Below, piece after piece: positions 13,911 through 25,117 of a DNA stretch of 64,000 nucleotides. Below the pieces are notes generated by a model. That model saw nothing but the letters and a program-made list of their open reading frames with translations. It made no database searches and had not been told where the DNA came from. The DNA is from Utricularia gibba (taxonomy: Eukaryota; Plantae; Magnoliophyta). Every line of letters starts with the position of its first letter. The stretch's first letter is position 1. Where the stretch lies: contig NEEC01000008.1 in the NCBI GenBank assembly GCA_002189035.1, forward strand, positions 2,356,001 to 2,420,000. The letters are read 5' to 3'. A program made the translations under genes and the position numbers.

Positions 13911-16087
13911 TCAGAGGGCGATGATCTTATCGATGTCGGAGTTGGAGTAATCGGAATGGCGATACGAGATGGATGTGCTCCTCCGTTTCTCCCTCCTCCT
14001 CAACGACCGGGTCCTCTTCGACTTGACGACGTAGTACGTCATCGTACCAAGAACTCCGGCCATTATGGCGCCGCCGACGACGGTGACGATCAGAGCAGCC
14101 CATGCATGCTTCCGGCCTACCACAATGTAGGATGACGCCATGAACGCCACGGAGGTGCACACAGAGGCCAGCCACATCAGTTTGTTGATAATTTCCACAA
14201 CTCGCTTCTCGGCCTTCGTCTCGCCGCGCACCAGCGTGATCTGGACTACGACCACGGCGAGGGATGTGAAGAGGGCGACTGCGTTGAAGATGAAGAAAAT
14301 CTTGAATGATGCAGTATTCACAGCCACGGCCATCCCATTGTTGTCGTCTCCTCCGGGGACGGTGAAAATAGCTGCGAAGGCGACGGTGGCGAACAGGACG
14401 GCCACAACGGTCACTGAGTTAGTGGCATTGTTGATGCCTTCTCGGTGGAGTTTCCTTAGCTCCTTGGCGATCCCATAAACATTTTCGTTTGTTCTCTTGG
14501 TTTGCTCCAGCTGAATGTGCACGTCATTTTTAATCTGAGTGACTGTGCTGCGCAGCTCATCTCTGGGTTGATTCAGTTCATTTGCTCTCAGAGCACCGTA
14601 ATGGCAAAGAAATTCCTTTATCTCAGATGATTCCGGCGACATGGGAAGAGCTTCTGCAATATCCAGAGCTGTTTTCTTGTCACAATTGAGTGCATTCACG
14701 TTTGTATCCCGGAGGCTTACCAACACATTAACTATCTGCAAGAAGAAAGTAACATGATGCCTCAGTCAAATACACAGGTACTGTTTCAGCAAGTAAAATG
14801 ATGCAAACTCCTATAAGACACAGATTGCAAGCACCAACACGATCATACTCTTAACACTTGACCTCCCAAGAAGTCAGGTATCCAGAAGAACCATGAATAT
14901 CTAAACATAAATGGAATTGAATGGTATGCATACTTCTCAAAGAGTCATTTCAAAATCGGAAAGACTGGTCATATTAATGAATTGTATAATGAACTTCAGT
15001 ATCTAAACAAATATCAAGTAAAAACATATGTCATCTTCAACAAACAATTTTTCATCATATAATGAAGAATATCAAGTAAAATTATATGCAGTATACCTCT
15101 GCCCTCTTTTTCCTGGTGGCGACATGCAAAGCAGTGTTGCCATATTTGTCAGGCAACATAACAATAGCAGGATCTGCTTCAAGGAGCATCTTAACTACCT
15201 CCGAGCTAACCCCTTTGACAGCCATATGCAATGCTGTCTGTCCTTTCTTATCTGTTCTGCGAGCTAATTGTGAACTTTTCTCGAGAAGTGCCTTGACAAT
15301 ATCAGCATGGCCTTGCCTGGCAGCAAAATGCAATGCATTTTTTCCATTTGACCTTGAAATTTCTATCAAGCTGGGATCTTTTGATAAAAGCTCATTGACA
15401 ACAGCAACATGTCCTCTTGCAGCTGCAGTGATAAGAGGAGTTGCATTTGAAGGACCAATTGTCTTGCTTAAACCAGGGTCATGGTCCAGAAGAATTTGAA
15501 TGATTTCTGGTAAGAGAAACAATCATAATCAAAAAACAAGAAAGTGAATATTCCAATTTCCGAATCCTAACTAAAGCATAAATTTAGTTATCACCATGAT
15601 TTCCTTGGCTTGCAGCTATATGAAGAGGGTCAAACAGAGATCTATTCTTCTTCGTGAGTGTTTCGTTGTTTGCGTATTTGAGAAGTTCTTTCACGACATC
15701 GATATGGCCTTTCTCTGCTGCTGTGTGTAATGCAGTCTCCCCCAACTCATTTACCTCATTTATGACAGAGGTCCTGATTTCTGCAACTTCTTTGTCGAAA
15801 TCTGCTCCACTCGAATTCCCAACCATTAGACCATTAATATCATCCAATAACTGCCTCACGGCTGCCAAATCACCCCTTTGAGCAGCCAAATGTAATTCTG
15901 TATCATTATGACGGCCAGTAACTTGTTTCACATATTTCTTCTTCCCATATTGATCTATTCGCTTTCCTGAATTGGACAGGACCAGAGCAGGAGCGTTTGA
16001 TGAGGGCGATGGCGTTGGTGACAGCTCTATGGAGTTTTGCCGGGTAGTTGCAGGAACCAACAGTTTTCCCAACTCCCCATCTGCCAT
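13911..16087 (-). CDS. ITN1: Ankyrin repeat + PGG-domain membrane protein, ITN1-like
   Basis: Exons 16087-15595, 15506-15097 and 14735-13911. APALVLSNSGKRIDQYGKKKYVKQVTGRHNDTELHLAAQRGD, multiple TALH/TPLH ankyrin repeats, FAAIFTVPGG and four C-terminal TM helices. The exact start codon is uncertain (a short upstream exon is possible). Confidence 0.92.
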
Positions 16088-17444
16088 TTGTTACACAGGA
16101 ACATGAGATTTGATCCCGATAAACCATGAAAGCATACTCCGTATCCTTCCAGTCCATGTGATTCATTCAACATTGAGCATGAAAAGCGATATGAAATCTA
16201 ACACAACGATCTTGAAAAGTTAAAATAAACAAAGAACTTCTTTCGCTTAGCTACTGAAAGAATACCAATATTCTTGTTTTCTTAATTAAAAAAACCCATG
16301 AGCAGAAATCAAAATCTGGGTTTTGGTTACTCGACTAACAATAAGATCCAATTTGAGAAACCAAGAATCCCAATACAACCAAAAGACAAAAGATCGCGAA
16401 CTGGGTCAAATAGAGCAAGGCTTCAAAAACCACAAGAATCAGCCTACCATCTCCGGGAGGCGAAGACATGCTCCTGATCTCAAAACCACAAGAATCAGCC
16501 TACACCACGCACTGAGTGCGATGACTAAAGGTGGGCGAAGACCTTTTTCAAAAAGAGGAAGAACATAAAAGTCCGATGAAAGCAAGCAAGAGGACTGGAT
16601 TTGATATATATCTGTAACGAGGAAAGTGGAGAAGAGAGAGTTAGAACTACAGTCAAAAACGGCGGCTGCTGGTGTTAACCTGTTGTGTGTAGAGCCGGTG
16701 TAGCTAAACCCAACACCACATGGTAAAATTAAAAACTGAAAATAAAATTAAAATTGGATTTTCCATCCAGTTAAAATGAGTGTGAAAATTCAAAAAAAAT
16801 TAAATATATCCGTACTTAAAATCCCTATTTGATTTTTCAATCTAAAATAATCAATTATTTTATCCTTTATACCAATTTAAAAAAACCTGAAAAAATATGA
16901 AATATCTGTAGATCCTCTGCCTCCATGTGATCCATAAAGAGACTGCGCTACGCCTCCAGGGTTTCCCTCCTACTATAAATACGCCGGAGAACACTGCCGA
17001 TCGATCTCAGGAGCTCGCCTCGCCGCAAAGTATGTTCCTATCATTCGTAGTACGGCTTCAGCGACAGCTTGCGACGACGATGAATGGCGATAATACCGTC
17101 CCCCTATTGGAGGTGAAGATCAGGTGGAAAGGAGAAGGAGAGCCTCAGAGTCCACCGAGCGTGCGCGATGATTCGCAGTGTGCCTGATTCGCCCGTCGTC
17201 ATTGGCATCAATTTCCGGCCGTGTCGCCGCTCATCCAACGATTTCAAATCGGGAAAAGCGCCGGTTAGCCCTAGAGTGATAGAACATCGATCGAGCATAT
17301 AACAGTAGGATTCTAATTCGATTTATTTCCAGTTTCCACACATCATTCTTCATCAAAATTTGCCTATTGATCAGTCAAATTTTTTATGTTGGTATCGAAT
17401 TATTTAGATTTATCATTTTTGTAATTTTCCGATGAAATCCACTC

Positions 17445-17464
17445 ATATATATATATATATATAT
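17445..17464. repeat. (AT)n microsatellite followed by (TTTA)n
   Basis: Seen directly in the sequence upstream of PRP18. Confidence 0.9.
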
Positions 17465-17598
17465 TTATTTATTTATTTAATATTGTTAATAAATTATTTT
17501 TTATACATTATCATTATCCCAGAATAACTTCCTCCGGAAACCCTGATTCATTCACGAATCTACATCGGAACCCTTGACGGGAATTGCCGGGACGAGCC

Positions 17599-18984
17599 AT
17601 GGATATGCTGAAGGAGGAGCTAATGAGGAAGCGCAAGAGCCTTGCGGAGGACACTGGCGGGAAGAGAGTGTTCAAGCGGTCTGAGATCGAACAGAAACGC
17701 CTCCAGCGGTTGCGGGAGGAGGAGAAGCGCGACGCCGAGGCGAAGGCGCTTCGTCACAAGCAGTCGGGTAATGAGGAGGACAGATCTGTTCCCGATTCGG
17801 CGCCAAAATTGGAAGTGTCCAAATCGAAGCCCGAGTCGTCTTCTAAATCTCTCGTCGAGGAGCAGAACATCGACAATCTTAATCTCCCCAAGCAGGAAGT
17901 GGTCCGAAGACTGCGGTTTTTGAAGCAACCTGTTACCCTGTTTGGGGAAGATGACGACGCCCGGCTTGACCGACTGAAATTTGTGTTGAAAGCCGGGTTA
18001 TTTGAAGTCGATGACAGTGATATGACGGAGGGACAAACGAATGATTTTTTGAGGGACATCGTGGAGTTGAAGAAACGTCAGAAATCCGGGATTTTGAGTG
18101 ATAGGAAGAGAAAGCCGAGAGAGGACGGAGGAGAGGATAAAGACGGTGGCGGTGATGAGGATCTGAGCGGGGATGGGGCGTCTTCTGGGGTTGATCATGA
18201 CAAGGATTTGAAAAGAATGAAGACCAATTTTGATGAATTGTGTGATGAGGATAAGATTTTGGTGTTTTTCAAGAAGTTGCTGAATGAATGGAATCAAGAG
18301 CTCGATGAGATGAGTGATGCCGAGAAGAGGACCGCCAAAGGAAAGTCAATGGTGGCTACTTTCAAGCAATGCGCTCGTTATTTGAATCCACTCTTCAAGT
18401 TCTGCAGAAAGAAGGTTCGTATATGTCTCAATTGTTTTATTTGTTCACTTGGCGGTTTACATTTTCCGTTGAAAATCATCATGTGTTAACATTTTTTCGC
18501 TGGTATGTCAGAGCCCGGATTCATGTAATTGATTTTGTAGGTTCTTCCTGATGATATTCGACGGGCGCTGATGTTAGTGGTTGACTGCTGCTTGAACCGT
18601 GATTACCTTGCAGCAATGGATCATTACATTAAACTGGCTATTGGAAACGCTCCCTGGCCTATCGGTGTCACTATGGTTGGTATCCACGAGCGGTCTGCCC
18701 GCGAAAAGATCTATACCAACAGTGTGGCGCACATAATGAATGATGAGACGACCCGCAAGTATTTGCAATCTGTAAAACGGTTGATGACTTTTGCGCAACG
18801 TCGCTACCCAACAATGCCTTCCAAAGCTGTTGAATTCAACAGCTTAGCAAATGGCAGCGATTTGCAGTCATTATTAGCCGAGGAGAGATCTGGAAATTTG
18901 GGAAAGCACAAATCTGAGGAAAGACTTTTGTTGATGGGTGCTCCCGCTTCTGTAACTGCTACCCCAACAGATGATGATCACTAG
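17599..18984 (+). CDS. PRP18: Pre-mRNA splicing factor 18
   Basis: Exons 17599-18414 and 18541-18984. PRP4-like motif (LPKQEVVRRLRFLKQPVTLFGEDDDARLDRL) and Prp18 domain (YIKLAIGNAPWPIGVTMVGIHERSAREKI). Confidence 0.95.
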
Positions 18985-20904
18985 CTGCTGCTTCGCTGAA
19001 CTTCACTTCTGCCTATGTTTTGGTTTTCACACAAGTATGATGATCAAACATGTCAAGGTATATGACGTTGGTTTGATTAAATCCACTGCATCCATGGATC
19101 TCTGCATACTGGGATGAATACTTGTTTAGTTCGTTGCTGTATTATACACCTAGTTTCAGTTGTAGTCATATCATGCATCGAAATTCATTTCAGTCTACTG
19201 CAATGCAAGATTCATTGAGCCTGGTCGTTGTTTGCTACCATACTGCTTGTAAACTTAACAGGTGTATCTCTATTTTTCAGATCTCCAAGTTCCATGGTAC
19301 TCAGACATTGTCATTTTGTTCTTAACTTGGTATCCACTTCTAAGTTTCAGGTTTCCATTGGGTAGGTTTGGAGGAAAGGCCTTAGTTTCCTTAGAGTAGG
19401 TGGGTGAAAAGGTAGGCTTGGTGAGAAGGTCCTTGTTTCTCCCTGGCGATGGCCGGATGATCCAATGAGACAGCAGGATAAGAAAACGATATGTTTTTCC
19501 TTAAACTCCCAATGATGCAGTAGAGGATTCTTCACTTCATTTCCAGTCACTAAGGTAAGAGTTTGATTTATCCTGCGGATTGCACGCACCAAACTCACTC
19601 CCAGTCTTGCAACTACTTTTTATTTCCTAGTTGCTCCAGTTTGTTCAGTGCGAAAAGCTGATGCTTATATGATTGAAGGAAATCTTGCTCAGAGACTGAG
19701 ATGGGATTTACGTGAGGCACCTGGATGTTCCCCATTCATGGAATCCCCATCTTGTCTACTGGCTAACCAACTCCATTCGCCTTGTGCCTTATGAATTGTC
19801 CTATCAGTGGTGGTATTTATCGATATGGGGCCAATCAAATCCATTCAGATTCGAAGAGAAAAAGCAAGTTTGAACATTGAACTGCGTGAGAATGAGATTT
19901 CTTTCGTGGTAGTTGACCTGTCATGGATGCAATCTGGCTCTGGTTAGTGATCGGATGTAGGAACAACAGTTGGAGCACGCTACGTTCCTTGCAACAAGTC
20001 GCGGTTCATTCATGCATGTTTCATGAATCATCCATCATCCATCATCCTAGGGGTTTCAAAACCTCATTCAGTATAGACTTTCTCCATCAAAAAATTGCGT
20101 TTTAGACAGATGGTCCCTTGCAATGATCAAGCCGCCAGGGATAGCTCATAATTCCACCAGAGAACAAAGCATTACGAAGTGATTGTCATCTTCAGAAAAG
20201 AAAACGCATTAAAGAGGCATTGGGCAAAAAGATCACATTTTCATTGCAAAGGGGTCGTCTCTGCTTTAGGATTTGGAAGATGGGGCAAAAGGATTCATAG
20301 GCAACCGAGCATCTCAAATGACATCCAAAACAAGCCAAAATACTCAAGATAAGATTGTCACATGCATCTTTTCTTTTTGAAATCCTCATCTCTTCAACTA
20401 TTAATCTCCTAAGCAGACCAAACAATCACGTGAGATGAATAGCGAGGCACGCAACCTACTAGAACTCCATATGGAAATTTTGCGTGATACAACTTGGAGG
20501 ATAAGTTAGAGCCAATAACGAGCTCAAGCATAATGACTGATAATGCGGAGCCTACGCTGTCAAGTAGAGACGAGTGGCCAATGAAATGGACCTGTCTTGA
20601 CTCGTAGGCGCTTCACATCACAAAAAAATAAAACTAAGAAGGAAGAGGTAAAAAAGCACAAGTGCTGAGGGTAAGAAGAGGGGGTTGTCAGTCCCATCAT
20701 GTGTGATCTGCATAATATGAATAAGTTGCTTCTTGAATTGAACTACTACAGAGGCTAAATCTCCAATCCTATTTCATTCCCCATTCTCACAATTGCACAA
20801 AAATATCCAGTCCCATCATCAAACAAGAGAAGGGATATCAAATGAAAGCTTTTCTTTTTCTCTCCTCTTACGTGTAGCCTTCCGGCGGTTTAATCTTCAG
20901 TCAT

Positions 20905-21469
20905 CTATACTATTCCGACAACCGCTGTGAGGAAACATAGCAGCTGAAGAACTACTAACATCTTGGTACCATGCCCTGAAAAAAAAAAACAAATTATATG
21001 CCACAATCAGGAAATACGAGCGTTCTGTTAAGTAGATGTAAGATTACCTGATGATGTTTCACCTGAGAAAAATAAGAAGAAAAAGAAAGATGGATGTGAG
21101 AAGATAGAAACAAAGTTGAAGGACATAAAGAGAACTTCAAAATAAGTAGTTGGGATTACGTGGGCAGAGAGAAACTGGCGGAGTGGTAACATTGCAAGAC
21201 CTGGGCAGATCCACAGCTCGGTTCTGAACAAGGTAGCTGTCGGATTGAACAACCTTACATAGACAAAGTGGTTTCGTGTGAAGGATGAAGTTGAGGGTGT
21301 TGCAGCAATCAGTCGACGGCGGAATTGGGCTTCTTGGATTCCCATAAATGTAGGAACTGCAGGCTGATAGATTACTCAGAATACCACAAGGACGGGGGGT
21401 CGCGTCCATGGTGGCAGCACTCGCCGTGGACACAAACACAAGAAGAATGAGGGTCTCAACCAGATCCAT
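20905..21469 (-). CDS. Non-specific lipid transfer protein, GPI-anchored type (LTPG)
   Basis: Exon 21469-21160 encodes a signal peptide and the complete 8-Cys motif (C-C-CC-CLC-C-C). A 15-nt exon lies at 21062-21048. Exon 20975-20905 encodes the hydrophobic tail GHGTKMLVVLQLLCFLTAVVGIV* (GPI-signal-like). All junctions are GT-AG and phase 1. Confidence 0.85.
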
Positions 21470-22180
21470 AGCATCAATCAATATGAAGACGCAGGGGAAG
21501 AGGAGTCTTGGAATGGATTCTCCTTTGCGAGCTTTTGCTTAATTCTGCGCTTTGAATTTATGGGAACATGGAAGAGAATTAAATGCAGTTCGGTTGGAAG
21601 GCATCAGCTCAGCTAGCTGTCAATAAAGATTAAACTGCCATCCTCTTTAATGCTCTGGGGGCGGGGCCGATAACCCACTACCCCCATATCCTCACCCATT
21701 TCCTCCATCCGTCAACTGCTGAGATAGTGACACAAAAGAGAGATTAGTCTTCAAATTTTCGGAGGGTGTATACAAAGTCCAACCGGCTGAACCAAGTAGG
21801 AGTACTTCAATCGTAAAAAAACTGGGATTTCAGAAATGATATAGAGCTAAAAGGAAATAGCCTCATGAAGCCATCAAATGATTATATATTAACAATACCT
21901 CGCTATCTACCAGGTCAAATCCTTCTTAACTTCTCAAATAAAGTTGTTGGTAGTCTACTAATCATTGAGAACCTGGAATAGGTGTAAATGACAAAAGCAC
22001 ATACATAGGCAGAATAAAAAGAAGCCTCAGATAATATAAGAATATCCATTCCAATGATACGATCCAAAACACTACCAATAGCAGTCATTGAACAATGCCG
22101 TGGGGCAAAATATGAGCACGCTAGAAAACAAAGTTTGAATGAGCAAAGCACGAACTTGTGATCATGCCATCGCACAACTT

Positions 22181-24365
22181 CTAGTAGCCTTCATCTTCTT
22201 CATCTTCATCATTGGCACCTTCGACACCCACTTCCTCATAGTCCTTCTCAAGGGCAGCTAGATCCTCACGCGCCTCTGAGAATTCACCTTCTTCCATGCC
22301 TTCACCCACATACCAGTGGACAAACGCACGCTTCGAATACATGAGATCAAATTTATGGTCAATTCTGGAGAATACTTCAGCCACAGACGTGTTATTGCTG
22401 ATCATGCAAACAGCACGCTGAACACGAGCAAGATCACCTCCAGGAACCACCGAAGGGGGCTGATAATTGATGCCACATTTGAAACCCGTTGGGCACCTGT
22501 AAACCATAATACAAACTTAGCAATTTATGTCACTAAAGCAACAACTTGGCCGCAACCAACCAGAAGAGCAGTCTCTAGTCATATGATGTAAGTTACTCCC
22601 AAGAGAAGGTTGTTTGCATTCAAAAAATGTTTATCAAATTCTTAGTAAACACATTTTGATTCCCATAATTCAGTCTTCAATCATCAGGGTGACCAAATAA
22701 TGAGATATAAAAGGGCATCTTATTTCAGAGGCTCACCAGTCAACAAACTGAACAGTCCTTTTAGTTTTGATGGTAGCAACAGCTGCATTAACATCCTTTG
22801 GAACAACATCCCCACGATACATCAAACAGCATGCCATGTATTTCCCATGTCGAGGATCACACTTGGCCATCATACTTGATGGTTCAAAAACAGAATTTGT
22901 GATCTCAGGAACAGACAATTGCTCATGGTATGCTTTAGCTGATGATATTACTGGGGCATAAGATGAAAGCATGAAATGGATGCGGGGATAAGGCACTAGG
23001 TTTGTCTGAAACTCCGTGATGTCCACATTAATGGCCCCATCAAATCTCAGGGAAGTAGTCAGAGAAGATATTATCTGGGAGATTAATCGGTTCAAATTCA
23101 TATATGTAGGCCGCTCAATGTCCAAAGCCCTCCTGCAAATATCATATATGGCTTCATTATCCAAGAGAACCACCACATCTGTATGCTCTAGAAGCGAGTG
23201 TGTGGACAACACACTATTATATGGCTCCACAACAGCAGTAGAAACCTGAAGGAACAAAAAATATAATGATGATGGAAGAGAACAAATAAAATATTACTAT
23301 AACAAACTCATGCAAAATGCAGTACTTACAAAACGTTGAGCAAAAACAAACTACTATCAATGGCACATACATATAAATACCTGGGGTGACGGATATATAG
23401 TAAAGCCAAGTTTGGACTTTTTCCCGTAATCCACAGAGAGACGCTCCAGAAGCAGTGAACCAAGACCAGACCCAGTGCCACCACCAACAGCATTGAATAC
23501 AAGGAACCCTTGCAACCCAGTGCAGTTGTCTGCAAGCTTCCTAACTCGATCAAGGCATAAATCAATGATATCTCTTCCAACTGCATCAGAGCCATTGGCA
23601 ATATGATGTTAAGATACTAAAGATAAACAAGAGAGCATGACAGAGCAATTCCATTTCTCAAGAATTGAATAACTCCATTACGGAAATGCATACCAGTGTA
23701 ATGCCCCCTTGCAAAATTATTCGCCGCATCCTCCTTTCCAGAAATAAGTTGTTCGGGATGAAATAGCTGCCTGTATGCCCCTGTTCTTACTTCATCAACC
23801 ACAGTGGGTTCAAGATCAACAAAAACAGCCCGAGGTACATGCTTTCCCGATCCAGTTTCGCTGAAGAACGTATTAAAGGAATCGTTTCCAACCCCAACAG
23901 AAGTGTCACTGCACGTTTCCAAGGGTAACAGCATTAGGTGAAAAAGGCTGAATGAAAATAGATACAGCATCCATGCCACACGCACTTGTATGCAGCAAGC
24001 AAGAGAAATAACTAGCACAGCATTTATACTCCAAAACGTCTACGGAACTACCTTGAAGAGACCTAATGTCCTTATAATCCTTAAACTAACAGCAAATAAG
24101 AACAGAATGGAGCATATCAATCATTTTAGAATGTAAGAAGGCAAAAGCTACTGGAAGGAGTTCATCATGTGTAGCCGTCAGATCTATAATCTCAGATGCA
24201 TGAAACGGAGAGAATAGCGGATGAATAAGGAGATTTAATCTAAACTAAAAACCTCGGCATTCTCCCATCCGGCTGAATGCCATGCTCGAGGCAGTAAAGT
24301 TCCCAGCAGGCGTTCCCGACCTGAATTCCGGCCTGTCCGACGTGAATGCTGATGATTTCTCTCAT
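22181..24365 (-). CDS. TUA: Alpha-tubulin (TUA1/3/5-like class, four introns)
   Basis: Exons 24365-24253, 23908-23694, 23580-23381, 23245-22737 and 22496-22181. MREIISIH start, GGGTGSG signature, C-terminal EEDEGY. Residue 40 is Thr rather than the acetylatable Lys. Confidence 0.98.
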
Positions 24366-25117
24366 GGCGAGGTCGTCGGCGGCAGATGCAACGGTGTCGA
24401 TGAAGCTAAATTTTGAATAGCTCACTTTGAGGCAAGTAACGCGCAGACAGTTGATGGGCCCAGCCCCGATCTCCTACCGTTGACCTGCTTCTTAAATTGG
24501 GTCGAGCTCATTAACCGGGCCCATCCAACTACAGAGAAAGAAGCAGGCCCTAGTATTTAACCAGGTTCACATGGAAGTACTGCAGTATCTTGCCATTGAA
24601 GAAAAAAACATGAAAGTACTGCACTTTACAAAAATCCTTCTGAACATGGGAATTGGCTTGTGAATTTTAAACCAGGACATGAAAAGTGCATTTAGTAGGT
24701 AATGAAAGTGAGGTTGAAAAGTACATTTAGTAGGTAATTCAGCGTGAGCAACCTCAGAGGCATCAATAATTCAGCCTGCAAATGAGTTCCAAGGCTAACA
24801 AACTCTCATATCAGGTCTGAAGTACAGATTAGAAGAAACATGTCTGATGAGGGAAAAGGAGGAAGAGAAGTTTCAATGGCGGGTGCTCCCAAGCTCCATT
24901 AGACCGCCGAGCAGAGATACAGAGACCCCATGCTGTGGGGAAAATTTGAGACAAGCTGAGAACAAGAAACTCTCCAAGACAGGGATGAATGAAAATTCCT
25001 TCCATATATGTAAGCTGCAAGCCAAATGCATAGAAGAAATGGGTATCAGCACCAGTTAGTGAAGAAAGAGAGGCATCCATTCTTGTTTCCACTCACAGAT
25101 GTCAGAAGAAGGCCTCA

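Noticed and set aside
20112-20148. Partial similarity to a miR390 site and tasiARF (possible TAS3)
   Set aside because: Only a 9-nt core matches, the seed region is mismatched, and the two-site arrangement flanking a tasiARF is absent.
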